Assembly: GCA_033809755.1 (NCBI GenBank)
Contig: JAPXLB010000004.1
Location: 131,030-195,029 of the forward strand
DNA length: 64,000 nt
Reading direction: 5' to 3'
Source of the DNA: Lentimicrobiaceae bacterium
Lineage (GTDB): Bacteria > Bacteroidota > Bacteroidia > Bacteroidales > UBA4417
In this document: one piece after another, positions 32,173-42,363 of the stretch
How the letters are laid out: each line of letters begins with the position of its first letter
How positions within the stretch are numbered: position 1 is the stretch's first letter
Position numbers and translations under genes: made by a program
Notes under the pieces: generated by a model
The model's input: the letters and a program-made list of their open reading frames with translations, nothing else
The model's database searches: none
What the model was told of the DNA's origin: nothing

Positions 32173-33630
32173 ATGAGTTATTTGTTTGAAAATTTAAAAC
32201 CCGAATTGTTGTGGAAATATTTTTACGAAATACTTCAAGTTCCACGACCATCGAAGAAAGAAGAAAAAATAATAGAATATCTTGTAGATTTTGCTGAATC
32301 ACAAAAATTAGATTATCAGCAAGATAAAATAGGTAACGTTGTTATCAGAAAACCTGCAACCAAAGGCTACGAACACTTTCCGATAGTAGTTTTGCAGAGT
32401 CATATGGATATGGTTTGCGAAAAAAACAGCGATGTTGAACATGATTTTGAAACCGACCCGATAATTCCTAGAATTGAAGACGGTTGGGTTAAAGCAAGCG
32501 GAACAACATTGGGAGGCGACGATGGAATAGGAGTGGCAACGCAGTTGGCAATATTGGCTTCCGACGATATTGAGCACGGTCCCTTGGAAATGCTTTTTAC
32601 AGTCGATGAAGAAACAGGACTTACCGGAGCAAAAGAGCTTGATAAAGATATGATAAAAGGTAGAATTTTGCTTAACCTTGACTCCGAAGACGAAGGCGAA
32701 CTGTTTATTGGCTGTGCAGGCGGAAGAGACACAAGAGCATTTTTGGATTACAAACATGAGGATATTGATAAAGATAAGTACAAAGCATACAATATTAATG
32801 TCAGCGGTTTGATTGGCGGGCACTCTGGCGACGATATAAACAAAAACAGAGGCAATGCCGTTAAAATTCTTGTCAGACTTTTATGGTTGTTCCAAGAAAA
32901 ATTCGGAATGCGTCTTTCAACTTTCGAGGGTGGAAACTTGCGAAACGCTATTGCTCGCGAGGCATCGGCTAAAATAGCTATTCCTGTATCTAAAAAGGCA
33001 AAGTTTTTGAAATTTTTCGACGAATATTCAGCTCAAATACTGGCTGAATTTAACTTAAACGAACCCGATTTGAAAATTACTTGCCTTGTTGATAATAAAG
33101 TTGGTAAAGTGATATCAAAGAAACAGCAGAAAAGACTGATAAACTCAGTGTATGCTTGTCCGCACGGCGTTATTGCTATGTCGGCAAGTATTCCCAACTT
33201 TGTTGAAACTTCTACAAATTTGGCATCGGTAAAAATGCACAAAAAATATTTCGAAATAGGCACAAGTCAGCGTAGTTCGGTAGAAAGTTCAAAAGAATAC
33301 GTTGTAAACATGGTTGAGAGCCTGTTTGACCTTGCCGGTTGCGAGGTAGTGCACGACGACGGCTATCCGGGTTGGACGCCTAATCCCGACTCTCACGTTA
33401 TGGAAGTTGCCAAAAAAGCCTATATCAGGCTGTTCGGTAAAGAGCCTAAGGTTTTAGCTATTCACGCTGGATTAGAGTGCGGTTTGATTGGCGAAAAATT
33501 CCCTGGTATGGATATGATTTCGTTCGGACCGACAATTAAAGGTGCTCACTCTCCTGACGAAAGGCTTGAAATTGAGACGGTTGAAATGTTTTGGGATTTA
33601 ACCCTTGAAGTGCTTAGAACAATAGCCTAA
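32173..33630 (+). CDS. pepD: aminoacyl-histidine dipeptidase (M20C, PepD)
   Basis: 485 aa. Motifs are LWKYFYEILQVPRPSKKEEKI, LQSHMDMVCEKN, GTTLGGDDGIGVA, FTVDEETGLTGA and GLECGL. Confidence 0.88.
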   Translation: MSYLFENLKPELLWKYFYEILQVPRPSKKEEKIIEYLVDFAESQKLDYQQDKIGNVVIRKPATKGYEHFPIVVLQSHMDMVCEKNSDVEHDFETDPIIPRIEDGWVKASGTTLGGDDGIGVATQLAILASDDIEHGPLEMLFTVDEETGLTGAKELDKDMIKGRILLNLDSEDEGELFIGCAGGRDTRAFLDYKHEDIDKDKYKAYNINVSGLIGGHSGDDINKNRGNAVKILVRLLWLFQEKFGMRLSTFEGGNLRNAIAREASAKIAIPVSKKAKFLKFFDEYSAQILAEFNLNEPDLKITCLVDNKVGKVISKKQQKRLINSVYACPHGVIAMSASIPNFVETSTNLASVKMHKKYFEIGTSQRSSVESSKEYVVNMVESLFDLAGCEVVHDDGYPGWTPNPDSHVMEVAKKAYIRLFGKEPKVLAIHAGLECGLIGEKFPGMDMISFGPTIKGAHSPDERLEIETVEMFWDLTLEVLRTIA

Positions 33631-33780
33631 ATAATTATTCAAGTATTTATTATTTTTTTATACTTTTGCAGGCTGTACAAAAAGTATAAATAAACAATGA
33701 AGGCACAAGAAAGCCTCATGTGAAGTTTTCTTAACAGGAAACGTGTTGATGGTTTTCTAGTGTATTAAATATAATTATAA

Positions 33781-36078
33781 ATGAAAAAAACTATATTTCT
33801 TTTTTTTACTCTATTAATACTGTCAACAGCTTTATTTTCGCAGAATAATACAATAAAAGGCTTTGTTTACGAAAAATCGACAGGCGAGCCTGTTATGTTT
33901 GCAAGTGTGTTTTTAAAAGGCACAACAATGGGTAGTACCACCGACGAAAACGGTTATTTTATTATCACCCGTATTCCCAAAGGCGAATACACTCTAGTAT
34001 CGACTTTTGTTGGCTACGATACTGTTACCAGACCGGTAAGTCTTAATGTTAACGATAACGTGCAGCTTCGATTAATATTAGAACAATCGACCATTCAACT
34101 CGAAGCGGTGTCGGTATCTGCAGAATATACTTCGGCACGAACAGATATAAGAACTTCGGTAACTCAAGTGACTCCCAAATTGATAAAACAAATACCAACA
34201 ATTGGCGGTCAGGCTGACTTTGCACAGTATTTGCAAGTTTTGCCTGGCGTCGTTTTTACAGGCGATCAAGGCGGACAACTATATATAAGGGGAGGTTCGC
34301 CAATACAAAACAAGGTTTTGCTAGATGGTATGGTTATTTACAATCCGTTTCACTCAATAGGTTTGTTTTCGGTGTTTGAAACCGACTTGTTGCGCACTGC
34401 CGACGTACATTCGGGCGGATTTAGTGCCGAACACGGCGGGAGAATTTCTGCAGTTATGGATTTGAAAACGCGTGACGGAAACAAACAAAGATTGTCGGGA
34501 AAGGTTAGCGGAACCACTTTTGGAGCTAACTTACTGCTTGAAGGACCTTTTGTAAAGCAAGACGAATCGCATGGAGGTACATCATTCTTATTATCGTATA
34601 AAAATTCATATCTCGAACAAAGTTCAAAAGTATTTTACAAATATATAGATGAAGACGGATTGCCTTATAACTTCGATGACTTGTACGGAAAAGTGTCTAT
34701 CAACACAACTAATGGTTCAAAGATAAACTTTTTTGGGTTTAACTTTGCCGATAGGGTAAAATACAAGGCTCTCTCCGATTTTAGTTGGAATACTTTTGGA
34801 GGCGGAACTCACTTTGTTGTTATTCCGGGTATAAGTCCGGTAATGATTGAAGGTAGTATCGCATACTCAAACTATGCTATTTCTATGGACGAAAAAAACA
34901 ACTTACCTCGTTCCAGTAAAATCGACGGTTTTAGTGCATCTGTGGGTGTTACCTCTTTTGTCGGGAAAGATGAGTTTAAGGCAGGAGTCGAAATGCAAGG
35001 TTTTAGCACCGATTTTGTTTATTACAATGCTATGAAACTCAAAACTACCCTTCAACAGTACACAACTGAAGTAGCACCTTACGTAACCTACAGAATGGGA
35101 ATAAATAAGTTTTTATTGGAGCCCGGAATACGACTTCAATACTACGCTTCGCATTCGTACGCTTCGTTTGAGCCACGCTTTGCTTTGAAGTATTTGTTAT
35201 CGGATAAACTTCGTTTAAAATTGGCGTCGGGAATATATTCGCAAAACTTTTTAGCTACAAGCAGCGATAGAGAAGTTGTGAATCTGTTTTACGGGTTTCT
35301 TTCAGGACCTAGAGATTTACCTTCAACCTTCGATGGTAAATCCTTAAAACATAAGATACAAAAAGCCGAGCACATTGTAGTTGGAGCCGAATACGATGCT
35401 TTGAAATATTTGACCTTTAATATTGAAGGCTACTACAAAAACTTTTCTCAACTTATTAATCTGAACCGAAATAAAATATATAACGATATACCGCAGTACA
35501 GCGATAAACCCGAAATTCAGAGAAAGGACTTTATTGTTGAAACCGGAAGAGCGTACGGATTGGACGTTTCTTTAAAATACGACCATAACAACTTGTACAT
35601 TTGGGGAGCTTATTCGCTTTCGTGGGTCGATAGATACGACGGAATGATTACATACGCACCGCACTACGACAGAAGACACAACGTAACATTGTTGGGAGTT
35701 TACAAGTGGGGTGAGTTCGACCAATGGGAAGTTAACTTAAAATGGAATTTCGGTTCTGGATTTCCGTTTACGCAAAATCAGGGATACTACGAGCAGCTGA
35801 TTTTAGTTGACGGAATTTCAAGTGATTTTATTACCGAAAATGGTAAAATTGAAACTATCTACGCCGATTACAATAAGGGCAGACTTTCCGATTATCACCG
35901 TTTGGATTTTGGTTTATCGTATAAGTTTATTATTACCGAGCATTCGAAAATAGAAGTAGCCTTTTCTCTGACAAACGTATATAATCGTAAAAATATATTC
36001 TATGTCGAAAGGCTTTCAACCGAAAGGATTTATCAGTTGCCCATCATGCCGAGTTTGGGCTTAGCTTGGACGTTTTAG
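33781..36078 (+). CDS. TonB-dependent receptor with N-terminal carboxypeptidase-regulatory-like domain
   Basis: 765 aa. IKGFVYEKSTGEPVMFASVFLKGT is the CarboxypepD_reg-like domain. The plug region is DFAQYLQVLPGVVFTGDQGGQLYIRGGSPIQNKVLLDGMVIYNP. The barrel ends ...LGLAWTF. Confidence 0.85.
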   Translation: MKKTIFLFFTLLILSTALFSQNNTIKGFVYEKSTGEPVMFASVFLKGTTMGSTTDENGYFIITRIPKGEYTLVSTFVGYDTVTRPVSLNVNDNVQLRLILEQSTIQLEAVSVSAEYTSARTDIRTSVTQVTPKLIKQIPTIGGQADFAQYLQVLPGVVFTGDQGGQLYIRGGSPIQNKVLLDGMVIYNPFHSIGLFSVFETDLLRTADVHSGGFSAEHGGRISAVMDLKTRDGNKQRLSGKVSGTTFGANLLLEGPFVKQDESHGGTSFLLSYKNSYLEQSSKVFYKYIDEDGLPYNFDDLYGKVSINTTNGSKINFFGFNFADRVKYKALSDFSWNTFGGGTHFVVIPGISPVMIEGSIAYSNYAISMDEKNNLPRSSKIDGFSASVGVTSFVGKDEFKAGVEMQGFSTDFVYYNAMKLKTTLQQYTTEVAPYVTYRMGINKFLLEPGIRLQYYASHSYASFEPRFALKYLLSDKLRLKLASGIYSQNFLATSSDREVVNLFYGFLSGPRDLPSTFDGKSLKHKIQKAEHIVVGAEYDALKYLTFNIEGYYKNFSQLINLNRNKIYNDIPQYSDKPEIQRKDFIVETGRAYGLDVSLKYDHNNLYIWGAYSLSWVDRYDGMITYAPHYDRRHNVTLLGVYKWGEFDQWEVNLKWNFGSGFPFTQNQGYYEQLILVDGISSDFITENGKIETIYADYNKGRLSDYHRLDFGLSYKFIITEHSKIEVAFSLTNVYNRKNIFYVERLSTERIYQLPIMPSLGLAWTF

Positions 36079-36221
36079 CGTGTTGCGGGTTGCCCCGAAG
36101 TTTCGGGATGTTACGTATTGCAGGTTATCCATCACTCGCTCAATTTTACAAATCGAGTGCTATAACTCCTGACTCAAAACTCAGAACTAGCAACTCACTC
36201 ACCACCATTCACCAACCACCA
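36079..36221. repeat. heptad-periodic palindromic intergenic element, copy C
   Basis: GCGTGTTGCGGGTTGC and the CCCGAAGTTTCGGG hairpin lie on the left. AACTCCTGACTCAAAACTCAGAACTAGCAACTCACTCACCACCATTCACCAACCACC lies on the right. The element fills the gap between two convergent stop codons. Confidence 0.8.
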
Positions 36222-36222
36222 T

Positions 36223-37479
36223 TTAAGTTTTTTGTTTCTCCTTTTTAGCTGCAGGGAAAAGAACATTGTTAAGAATAAGTCTGTAACCTGGCGAATTGGG
36301 GAATAATTCCAAGTCTGTTGGTGGGTCTCCAACTCTGTGTTGGTAGTCTTCGGGGTCGTGTCCTCCGTAAAAAGTCCATGTTCCTTTTCCAAACTCGCCG
36401 TGAATGTATTTAGCTTCGTCAAGCGCTTTATTTTCGCCCATAATAACCACATTAGGTTTTAGGTATTTTTTTCTGAATGCCGTTGATTGCCCCATAAAAC
36501 CTTTAATAACTTGAAAATGATTTTGGCAAAGCATGGTAGGAACGGGATCCCACTTAGCAGAGAAGTCGAAAAGTGTGAAAAAGTCGTTTCTTTCCGGAAT
36601 ACTTCTTGCGTGCGGCACATCAATATCAGCAATTTCGTATTCGTAGGGATTGGTGACCAATTTGAAATTTTGAAAAGCCAAACATTGGCTATAGTCCAAT
36701 TTTTCCTGTGCATCCTTGTCCATTGGGTCACCGTCGAACATTGTTTCGCATATATCCGTATTTTCGGCTGCAAGCGCCACATCGTAGCTATCGGGTGCTG
36801 AGCACATTGCAAACATATAACCACCGCCGGCAACAAATTCTTTTATCTTTTTTGCTACTGCAAGTTTTAGTTTGCTTACCTTATTGAAGCCTAATTTTTT
36901 AGCTGTTTCTTCATTCACGCGTTGGTCGTTTTTATACCAATCGCTGTTTCTGTATGCAACCCAAAACTTTCCGTATTGTCCGGTAAAGTCTTCGTGGTGC
37001 AGGTGAAGCCAATCGTACAAAGGCAAAACATTATCCATTACTTCTTCGTCGTAAATCAGGTCGTAGGGTATTTCGGCGTAAGATAGTGCAAGTGTAACGG
37101 CATCGTCCCAAGGTAATTTGTTTTTGGGTGAATAAACAGCAATTTTCGGTGCTTTGTTGAGCTTAACTTCATCCATATTTATTTCGGGCGACGAAATATG
37201 TTCGCGTATAGCCAGCACCTGAACATCGGCAATAACTTGATATTTAACGTTTCTGACTATGCATTCGTTTTCAAACATGTTTGTGTGTCGGAACAAAAAA
37301 GAGCCGCCCTTGTAGTTCAAAAGCCAGCTAACTTCGACATCTCTTTCTAAAACCCAATATGCAATTCCGTACGATTTCAAATGATTGGTTTGGGTATTAT
37401 CCATCGGTATTAAGATGTACGAGGCTTCTACCTTAAAAGATAAAATTATTAGTAAAATAAATAAAAGTCTTCTAATCAT
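36223..37479 (-). CDS. hypothetical secreted protein, possibly class-I glutamine-amidotransferase-like fold
   Basis: Signal peptide MIRRLLFILLIILSFKVEA. KIAVYSP...GGGYMFAMCSAPD resembles a nucleophile elbow, but the fold call is tentative. The start codon lies 1 nt after the dnaB stop. Confidence 0.6.
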   Translation of the reverse strand: MIRRLLFILLIILSFKVEASYILIPMDNTQTNHLKSYGIAYWVLERDVEVSWLLNYKGGSFLFRHTNMFENECIVRNVKYQVIADVQVLAIREHISSPEINMDEVKLNKAPKIAVYSPKNKLPWDDAVTLALSYAEIPYDLIYDEEVMDNVLPLYDWLHLHHEDFTGQYGKFWVAYRNSDWYKNDQRVNEETAKKLGFNKVSKLKLAVAKKIKEFVAGGGYMFAMCSAPDSYDVALAAENTDICETMFDGDPMDKDAQEKLDYSQCLAFQNFKLVTNPYEYEIADIDVPHARSIPERNDFFTLFDFSAKWDPVPTMLCQNHFQVIKGFMGQSTAFRKKYLKPNVVIMGENKALDEAKYIHGEFGKGTWTFYGGHDPEDYQHRVGDPPTDLELFPNSPGYRLILNNVLFPAAKKEKQKT

Positions 37480-37480
37480 T

Positions 37481-39040
37481 CTAAAAATCAGGGTCTTCGG
37501 GATAGTTGTTAGTATTGCCTAAGAAATTGTCATTGGGGTCGAGGTCGTTAATTTTCGACTGAAGAATGACAGAGCCTCCGCCGTGGTGACCTTGAAAGTT
37601 ATCAAAAGTTGGAAGTTCGGGCATGTTTTCAAATCGGGTAAACTCTTTAACAAATCTGAGCCATACATCGCCTGTTTTTCCGTTACGGTGCTTTGCAATG
37701 CTAATCATAGCTCTGCCTCTAGTGTCGCCTAAATCATCTTCGTAAATTTCGTAATACTCGGGTCGATAAATAAACAGAACAAGGTCGGCATCTTGCTCAA
37801 TAGCTCCCGATTCACGAAGGTCGGATAGCACGGGCTTTTTAGCAATTTTTCCACCTGTACTTCCCCTGGTTTCAACCGAACGGTTAAGCTGCGACAAAGC
37901 TATAATAGGTATATTAAGTTCTTTGGCTAAAGTTTTTAGCGAGCGTGAAATATTTGCAATTTCTTGCTCTCTGTTGCCCGACACCTTGGTTCCGCCTTCG
38001 GTCATCATTTGTATATAGTCAATAATAATGAGCTTAATATCGTGCTGAGCTTTAAGACGTCGAGCTTTGGCACGCAGTTCAAACAGCGACAGTCCGGGCG
38101 AATCGTCGATAAACATTGGAGCGTTGGCAAGAGCTTGTATTTTTGAGTTTATATGTTCCCATTCGTAATCGTGCAAATCGCCGGAACGTAGTTTTCCGAC
38201 TCCTATCTCCGATTCGGCAGCAATAAGCCTTGATACAAGCTGCTCGGCGGTCATCTCTAAAGAGAAAAAAGCTACAGGATTATTAAAATCTATTGCTATA
38301 TTCCTTGCCATGCTGAGCACAAACGAGGTTTTTCCCATTCCGGGACGAGCAGCGACAACTATAAGGTCGCTAGGTTGCCATCCACCTGTAATTTTATCAA
38401 TAACATCGAATCTTGTCAAAAGTCCTGTCGATGCATCTTCATTGGAACGTAAATGATTGACGTTGTGCATTACGTTAGATACCAACGTGCTCATGCTTGA
38501 GGCTTTTTGTCGCAGGTTGACTTCGCTTATTTCAAACAAATTTCTTTCGGTTTCGTCCAAAAGGTCAAACACATCAATAGTTTCGTCGTATGCTTTTCTG
38601 ATGGTTTCGGTTGCTGTGCTTATAAGGCAGCGTTGTAAATATTTTTGTTTTAAAATACCAACGTGATATTCAATATTAGCCGACGATGCAACACGAGCCG
38701 TGAGTTGAGCAATGTAATAATGTCCGCCCACGATTTCCAATTTACCGTTTTTTTTCAGCCTTTCAATAACTGTCATCACGTCAATAGGCTCGTTTGAGTG
38801 GAATAGTTCGTGTATTGCGTTAAAAATAATTTGATGATTTTCTTTGTAAAAAACATCTTCCGATAACTGGTCAATAACATTTGACACGGCATCTTTTTCA
38901 AGGAGCAATTCTCCCAAAACTATCTCTTCCAACTCAATAGCTTGAGGCGGAATTTTGCCGTATTCCAAAGGAAAATCTCTATTAAATCTTGCTGTGTTGC
39001 TTCTAACTGCCACTCTGCTCTTATTATCAACGTTACTCAT
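37481..39040 (-). CDS. dnaB: replicative DNA helicase DnaB
   Basis: 519 aa. PPQAIELEEIVLGELL is in the N-terminal domain. Walker A is AARPGMGKTSF and Walker B is LIIIDYIQMM. SRSLKTLAKELNIPIIALSQLNR is also present. Confidence 0.95.
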   Translation of the reverse strand: MSNVDNKSRVAVRSNTARFNRDFPLEYGKIPPQAIELEEIVLGELLLEKDAVSNVIDQLSEDVFYKENHQIIFNAIHELFHSNEPIDVMTVIERLKKNGKLEIVGGHYYIAQLTARVASSANIEYHVGILKQKYLQRCLISTATETIRKAYDETIDVFDLLDETERNLFEISEVNLRQKASSMSTLVSNVMHNVNHLRSNEDASTGLLTRFDVIDKITGGWQPSDLIVVAARPGMGKTSFVLSMARNIAIDFNNPVAFFSLEMTAEQLVSRLIAAESEIGVGKLRSGDLHDYEWEHINSKIQALANAPMFIDDSPGLSLFELRAKARRLKAQHDIKLIIIDYIQMMTEGGTKVSGNREQEIANISRSLKTLAKELNIPIIALSQLNRSVETRGSTGGKIAKKPVLSDLRESGAIEQDADLVLFIYRPEYYEIYEDDLGDTRGRAMISIAKHRNGKTGDVWLRFVKEFTRFENMPELPTFDNFQGHHGGGSVILQSKINDLDPNDNFLGNTNNYPEDPDF

Positions 39041-39181
39041 ATTTTTATTTTTATAATTTTTACTTTACTTTTTTATTTTCAAATCAAAAGTATAATAATA
39101 ACGCAAAAAACACAAATTCTTGCCACTATTATTTATTAACAAAGCAGCCAAAGTTAAGTAAAATAAGCTTTTTAAAGCGTA

Positions 39182-39640
39182 TTATTCGGCAAATGGAGCA
39201 GCAGTAGGGTTATTTATAGGCAATTGTGTGCTTGAAGGCTTAACTACATTGCCTTTCAAAAATAAAACCACCGATGAATTTTTTGCGTTGGTATTTACAG
39301 TCGCCGATTTATTAATTGTGCCCAATCTTTTGGTATCGTATTTTATCAATAGTGTGCCTGTACCTCCTGGCATTACGGGAGCTCTATCCCATTGAGGAAC
39401 TGTACAGCCACAGGTTGCAACAATATTGGTTATTATTAAAGGCGAATTGCCGGTATTTTTATATCTGAACTCGGCAGTACCATCAGAGCCGGTTATTATG
39501 TTTCCGTAATTGTGTACAGTATTTTCAAATTTTATAACTGCTTTTCTGGTAGTATCAACAACTGTTTCGCTACTTTGCGAAAAACCAACTACGCTTATCA
39601 GTAATAAACTTATTAATGTTATGATTCTTGTCTTATACAT
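39182..39640 (-). CDS. DUF1573 domain-containing protein
   Basis: A signal peptide is followed by FENTVHNYGNI...FRYKNTGNSPLIITNIVATCGCTVPQWDRAPVMPGGTG, typical of DUF1573. Confidence 0.75.
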   Translation of the reverse strand: MYKTRIITLISLLLISVVGFSQSSETVVDTTRKAVIKFENTVHNYGNIITGSDGTAEFRYKNTGNSPLIITNIVATCGCTVPQWDRAPVMPGGTGTLLIKYDTKRLGTINKSATVNTNAKNSSVVLFLKGNVVKPSSTQLPINNPTAAPFAE

Positions 39641-39969
39641 AAAATTGTTTTTTATTTTTTAGTTAACAATAATAATACCAATTTTGACATTCTAAAAGCT
39701 AAGATACTATTTTTATGTTATTCTTTTGAATTTTAAAAAGCTGTAAATTGTTAATTAATATTAATTGCAAATACTGTAAGGCTTGTGTGTTAGGCTTTTC
39801 TACTTAATACATGTTAATATTGATTTTGCTTTATAGAAATAAATTGTACTTTTGCCCAAACATTTTCGTTATACCACAAAGAATTAGTGCGAAATGAACA
39901 CTAAAACTATAATTTAACGCAAGTATAAGAATATAAATATGTGAGTTTCGTACAATTTTATAAAAACAT

Positions 39970-40488
39970 ATGCATATGAGAACATTAAAAACAGTTTTGT
40001 TATTTTCATCGATATTATTATTGATTTTTTCTTGCAAAACCCCTATTAACGTGGCAAACCAGAAGGAAACTACTGAGCAAATGTCAGCTCCGGGTCCTAG
40101 AATAATAATATATAAAACCAAAGCCGATTATAGCAATAATGTTCCGGTAATATTAAGTAAAGATAAGAAGACCATAGTTTCGTTTCCCGATATAGGAGAC
40201 CTTATTGTTGACGGGAACTACACAAAGCCTGTGGCTTTAGAACAAGGATATTGGCTAGACAAAAGGGGAATAAACGAAAATGTAGCATTTTTGAGTTATA
40301 CATATGAGCAGTATTCAAATTTGGACAAAACCCCAAGAGTTGAAGAATTGTACAGTAAAATTATTGCTAAAAGACCTTTAAAACGAATGTATAAGGGTGG
40401 AACTTTACCGAGAGATATTGATATAACTGAAAAGTTAAATGTAAAGATTTTAAACAAAGACTTTTCCGATTTTGTCCGCCTAAAATAA
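39970..40488 (+). CDS. hypothetical lipoprotein
   Basis: Lipobox LLLIFSC. 172 aa. No family recognised. Confidence 0.55.
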   Translation: MHMRTLKTVLLFSSILLLIFSCKTPINVANQKETTEQMSAPGPRIIIYKTKADYSNNVPVILSKDKKTIVSFPDIGDLIVDGNYTKPVALEQGYWLDKRGINENVAFLSYTYEQYSNLDKTPRVEELYSKIIAKRPLKRMYKGGTLPRDIDITEKLNVKILNKDFSDFVRLK

Positions 40489-40532
40489 ATCTTTTTTAAT
40501 AATTATATTTTTGACAAAGAAAACCTTATAGT

Positions 40533-42350
40533 ATGATTGTTACAAACAATAATATTACCGAAAAGATAAATGATGGCAAGTATTTTTACTATGCTTTCAT
40601 TTCGGGTGCTAAGAGGATAATTGCCAATCAGACTATTATAAATAAAATAAACGTATTTCCTGTTGCCGACGCTGATACAGGTACAAATTTAGCCAGCACT
40701 ATTCGAAGTATTATCGATAGTCCGGTTCCGACCGACAGCATAAAAAACGTTGCTGTTGCCATAGCCGACGCTGCTCTTGTTGGAGCAAGAGGAAATTCGG
40801 GAATTATTTTCGCCCAATTTTTATATGGTTTTGGAAATGAAATAAGCAAGTACGACGAATTTTCGTTGAAGGCTTTTGCTTCATCTGTCAATAAAGCCGT
40901 TAAGTACGCATACGAAGCTATTGCAAATCCTGTTGAAGGCACAATGATTACAGTTATAAAAGAATGGGCAATAGCTATCAATGAATTTAAAGATAGTGTT
41001 GAAGATATTATTCAGCTGTTTCTGAGAGCCTTTGAAGCAGCCAAAACAGCTTTAATTGAAACCACTGAGAAATTAGAGGTTTTGAAAAAGAATAAGGTGG
41101 TTGATGCCGGTGCCAAAGGTTTTGTTTGCTTTTTGGAAGGAATATTAGATTTTTTAAAAGGCAATACAAGTCTTAAATCGTTGAGTATAACCAAAGAAGA
41201 ACTTGCTTTCGAAGCACTTCCGGCTGTTGAACATGGAGAACTTACTTTCAGATATTGTTGTGAGGCATTGATATCAGTAGAAAAGCATAAAAACTCCGAT
41301 AAAGAAACAATTTCAAATGCTATAAAACATTTCGGAGATTCATTTGTAATTGCCGGCTCAACGAAAAAAATACGACTTCATATACACACCGATAAGCCAC
41401 AAGAATTGTTTGATACTATCAGCAATTACGCCGATGTTTTATATCAAAAAGTTGACGATATGGTTTTTCAGCAGTCGTTGACTACCGAAAATAAAAATTC
41501 CATTGCAATTCTGACAGATTCAACCTGCGACTTACCGACAGACTTATTGGAAAAGCACTTTATATCGGTTATTCCATTGAACCTACACGTTGGCGACAAT
41601 CAGTTTTTGGATAATGTTACCATTTCCAGTACACAGTTTTACGAAAAGTTAGATAAATCCAAAAAGCCGCTTTCTACTTCCCAGCCTTCGTATAAGGATT
41701 TGGTAAACAAATATTCTTATTTGGCTTCGCATTTTAAATATGTGATAAGCATACACATGTGTGGAAATTTTAGTGGAACTTTTTCTAATAGTAAAAAAGC
41801 AGCTCAGTTTGTTTCGGAACAAACGAGTGTTCCTATTTACGTGCATGATGCCAAAAATCTGACGGCAGCTACTGGCTTAATTGTATTGCGTACGGCAAAT
41901 TTGATTGAGAGCGGAAAAAGTTTTGAGGAAATAAAAGCCGAACTTCAAAATATGAACGCCAAAGCAAAGCTTTTTGCCGTTACAAAAACCGTTAAATATC
42001 TCGTTAAAAGTGGGCGCTTGAGCTATGCCAAAGGCTTTTTTGCCAGATTGTTAAATATTAATCCTGTACTGAGTATAAACATCGAAGGTAAGCCCGAAGT
42101 TATCAGCAAAATCAGAAGGATTGAAAAAGCCGAGAAAGATATTTTTGATGCAATAGAAAAGTTGATAGATGGAGGAGAGGTTCATAGCTACGCTGTTACC
42201 AGCGTTAGAAATGAAGAGATGGCTCAGAAATTTATTGATAGAATGAGAGAAAAGTACGGAATTGAACCTGTTTTCACAGGTTTTGCCAGTCCGGTTCTTG
42301 GCGTAAACGCTGGACCTGGTGTTACGGCTATTTCGATAATGAAGGAATAA
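40533..42350 (+). CDS. DAK2 (DhaL-like) domain / DegV domain fusion protein (fatty-acid-kinase-like)
   Basis: The N-terminal VFPVADADTGTNL...GARGNSGIIFAQF is the Dak2/DhaL phosphate-binding signature. The C-terminal roughly 285 aa, beginning IAILTDSTCDLP...VIPL...STSQPS, is DegV family. Confidence 0.8.
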   Translation: MIVTNNNITEKINDGKYFYYAFISGAKRIIANQTIINKINVFPVADADTGTNLASTIRSIIDSPVPTDSIKNVAVAIADAALVGARGNSGIIFAQFLYGFGNEISKYDEFSLKAFASSVNKAVKYAYEAIANPVEGTMITVIKEWAIAINEFKDSVEDIIQLFLRAFEAAKTALIETTEKLEVLKKNKVVDAGAKGFVCFLEGILDFLKGNTSLKSLSITKEELAFEALPAVEHGELTFRYCCEALISVEKHKNSDKETISNAIKHFGDSFVIAGSTKKIRLHIHTDKPQELFDTISNYADVLYQKVDDMVFQQSLTTENKNSIAILTDSTCDLPTDLLEKHFISVIPLNLHVGDNQFLDNVTISSTQFYEKLDKSKKPLSTSQPSYKDLVNKYSYLASHFKYVISIHMCGNFSGTFSNSKKAAQFVSEQTSVPIYVHDAKNLTAATGLIVLRTANLIESGKSFEEIKAELQNMNAKAKLFAVTKTVKYLVKSGRLSYAKGFFARLLNINPVLSINIEGKPEVISKIRRIEKAEKDIFDAIEKLIDGGEVHSYAVTSVRNEEMAQKFIDRMREKYGIEPVFTGFASPVLGVNAGPGVTAISIMKE

Positions 42351-42363
42351 AATTATTTGTAAG

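Noticed and set aside
32308-32823. 171-aa and 110-aa antisense ORFs inside pepD, plus similar antisense ORFs inside aspS, dnaA, the histidine kinase, the T9SS genes and the transporters
   Set aside because: Each lies opposite a confidently identified gene and has no recognisable motifs. These are typical shadow ORFs.
33640-33780. Possible riboswitch in front of the second TonB-dependent receptor
   Set aside because: The leader is only about 100-140 nt, and I saw no cobalamin (GCCACTG-type box) or TPP motifs. The near-palindrome TTTATACTTTTG/CAAAAAGTATAAA is more simply a pepD terminator overlapping a TACTTTTG -7 box.
39831-40121. 96-aa minus-strand ORF
   Set aside because: It overlaps the start of the plus-strand lipoprotein gene and an AT-rich promoter region. 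The composition is hydrophobic low-complexity sequence with no support.
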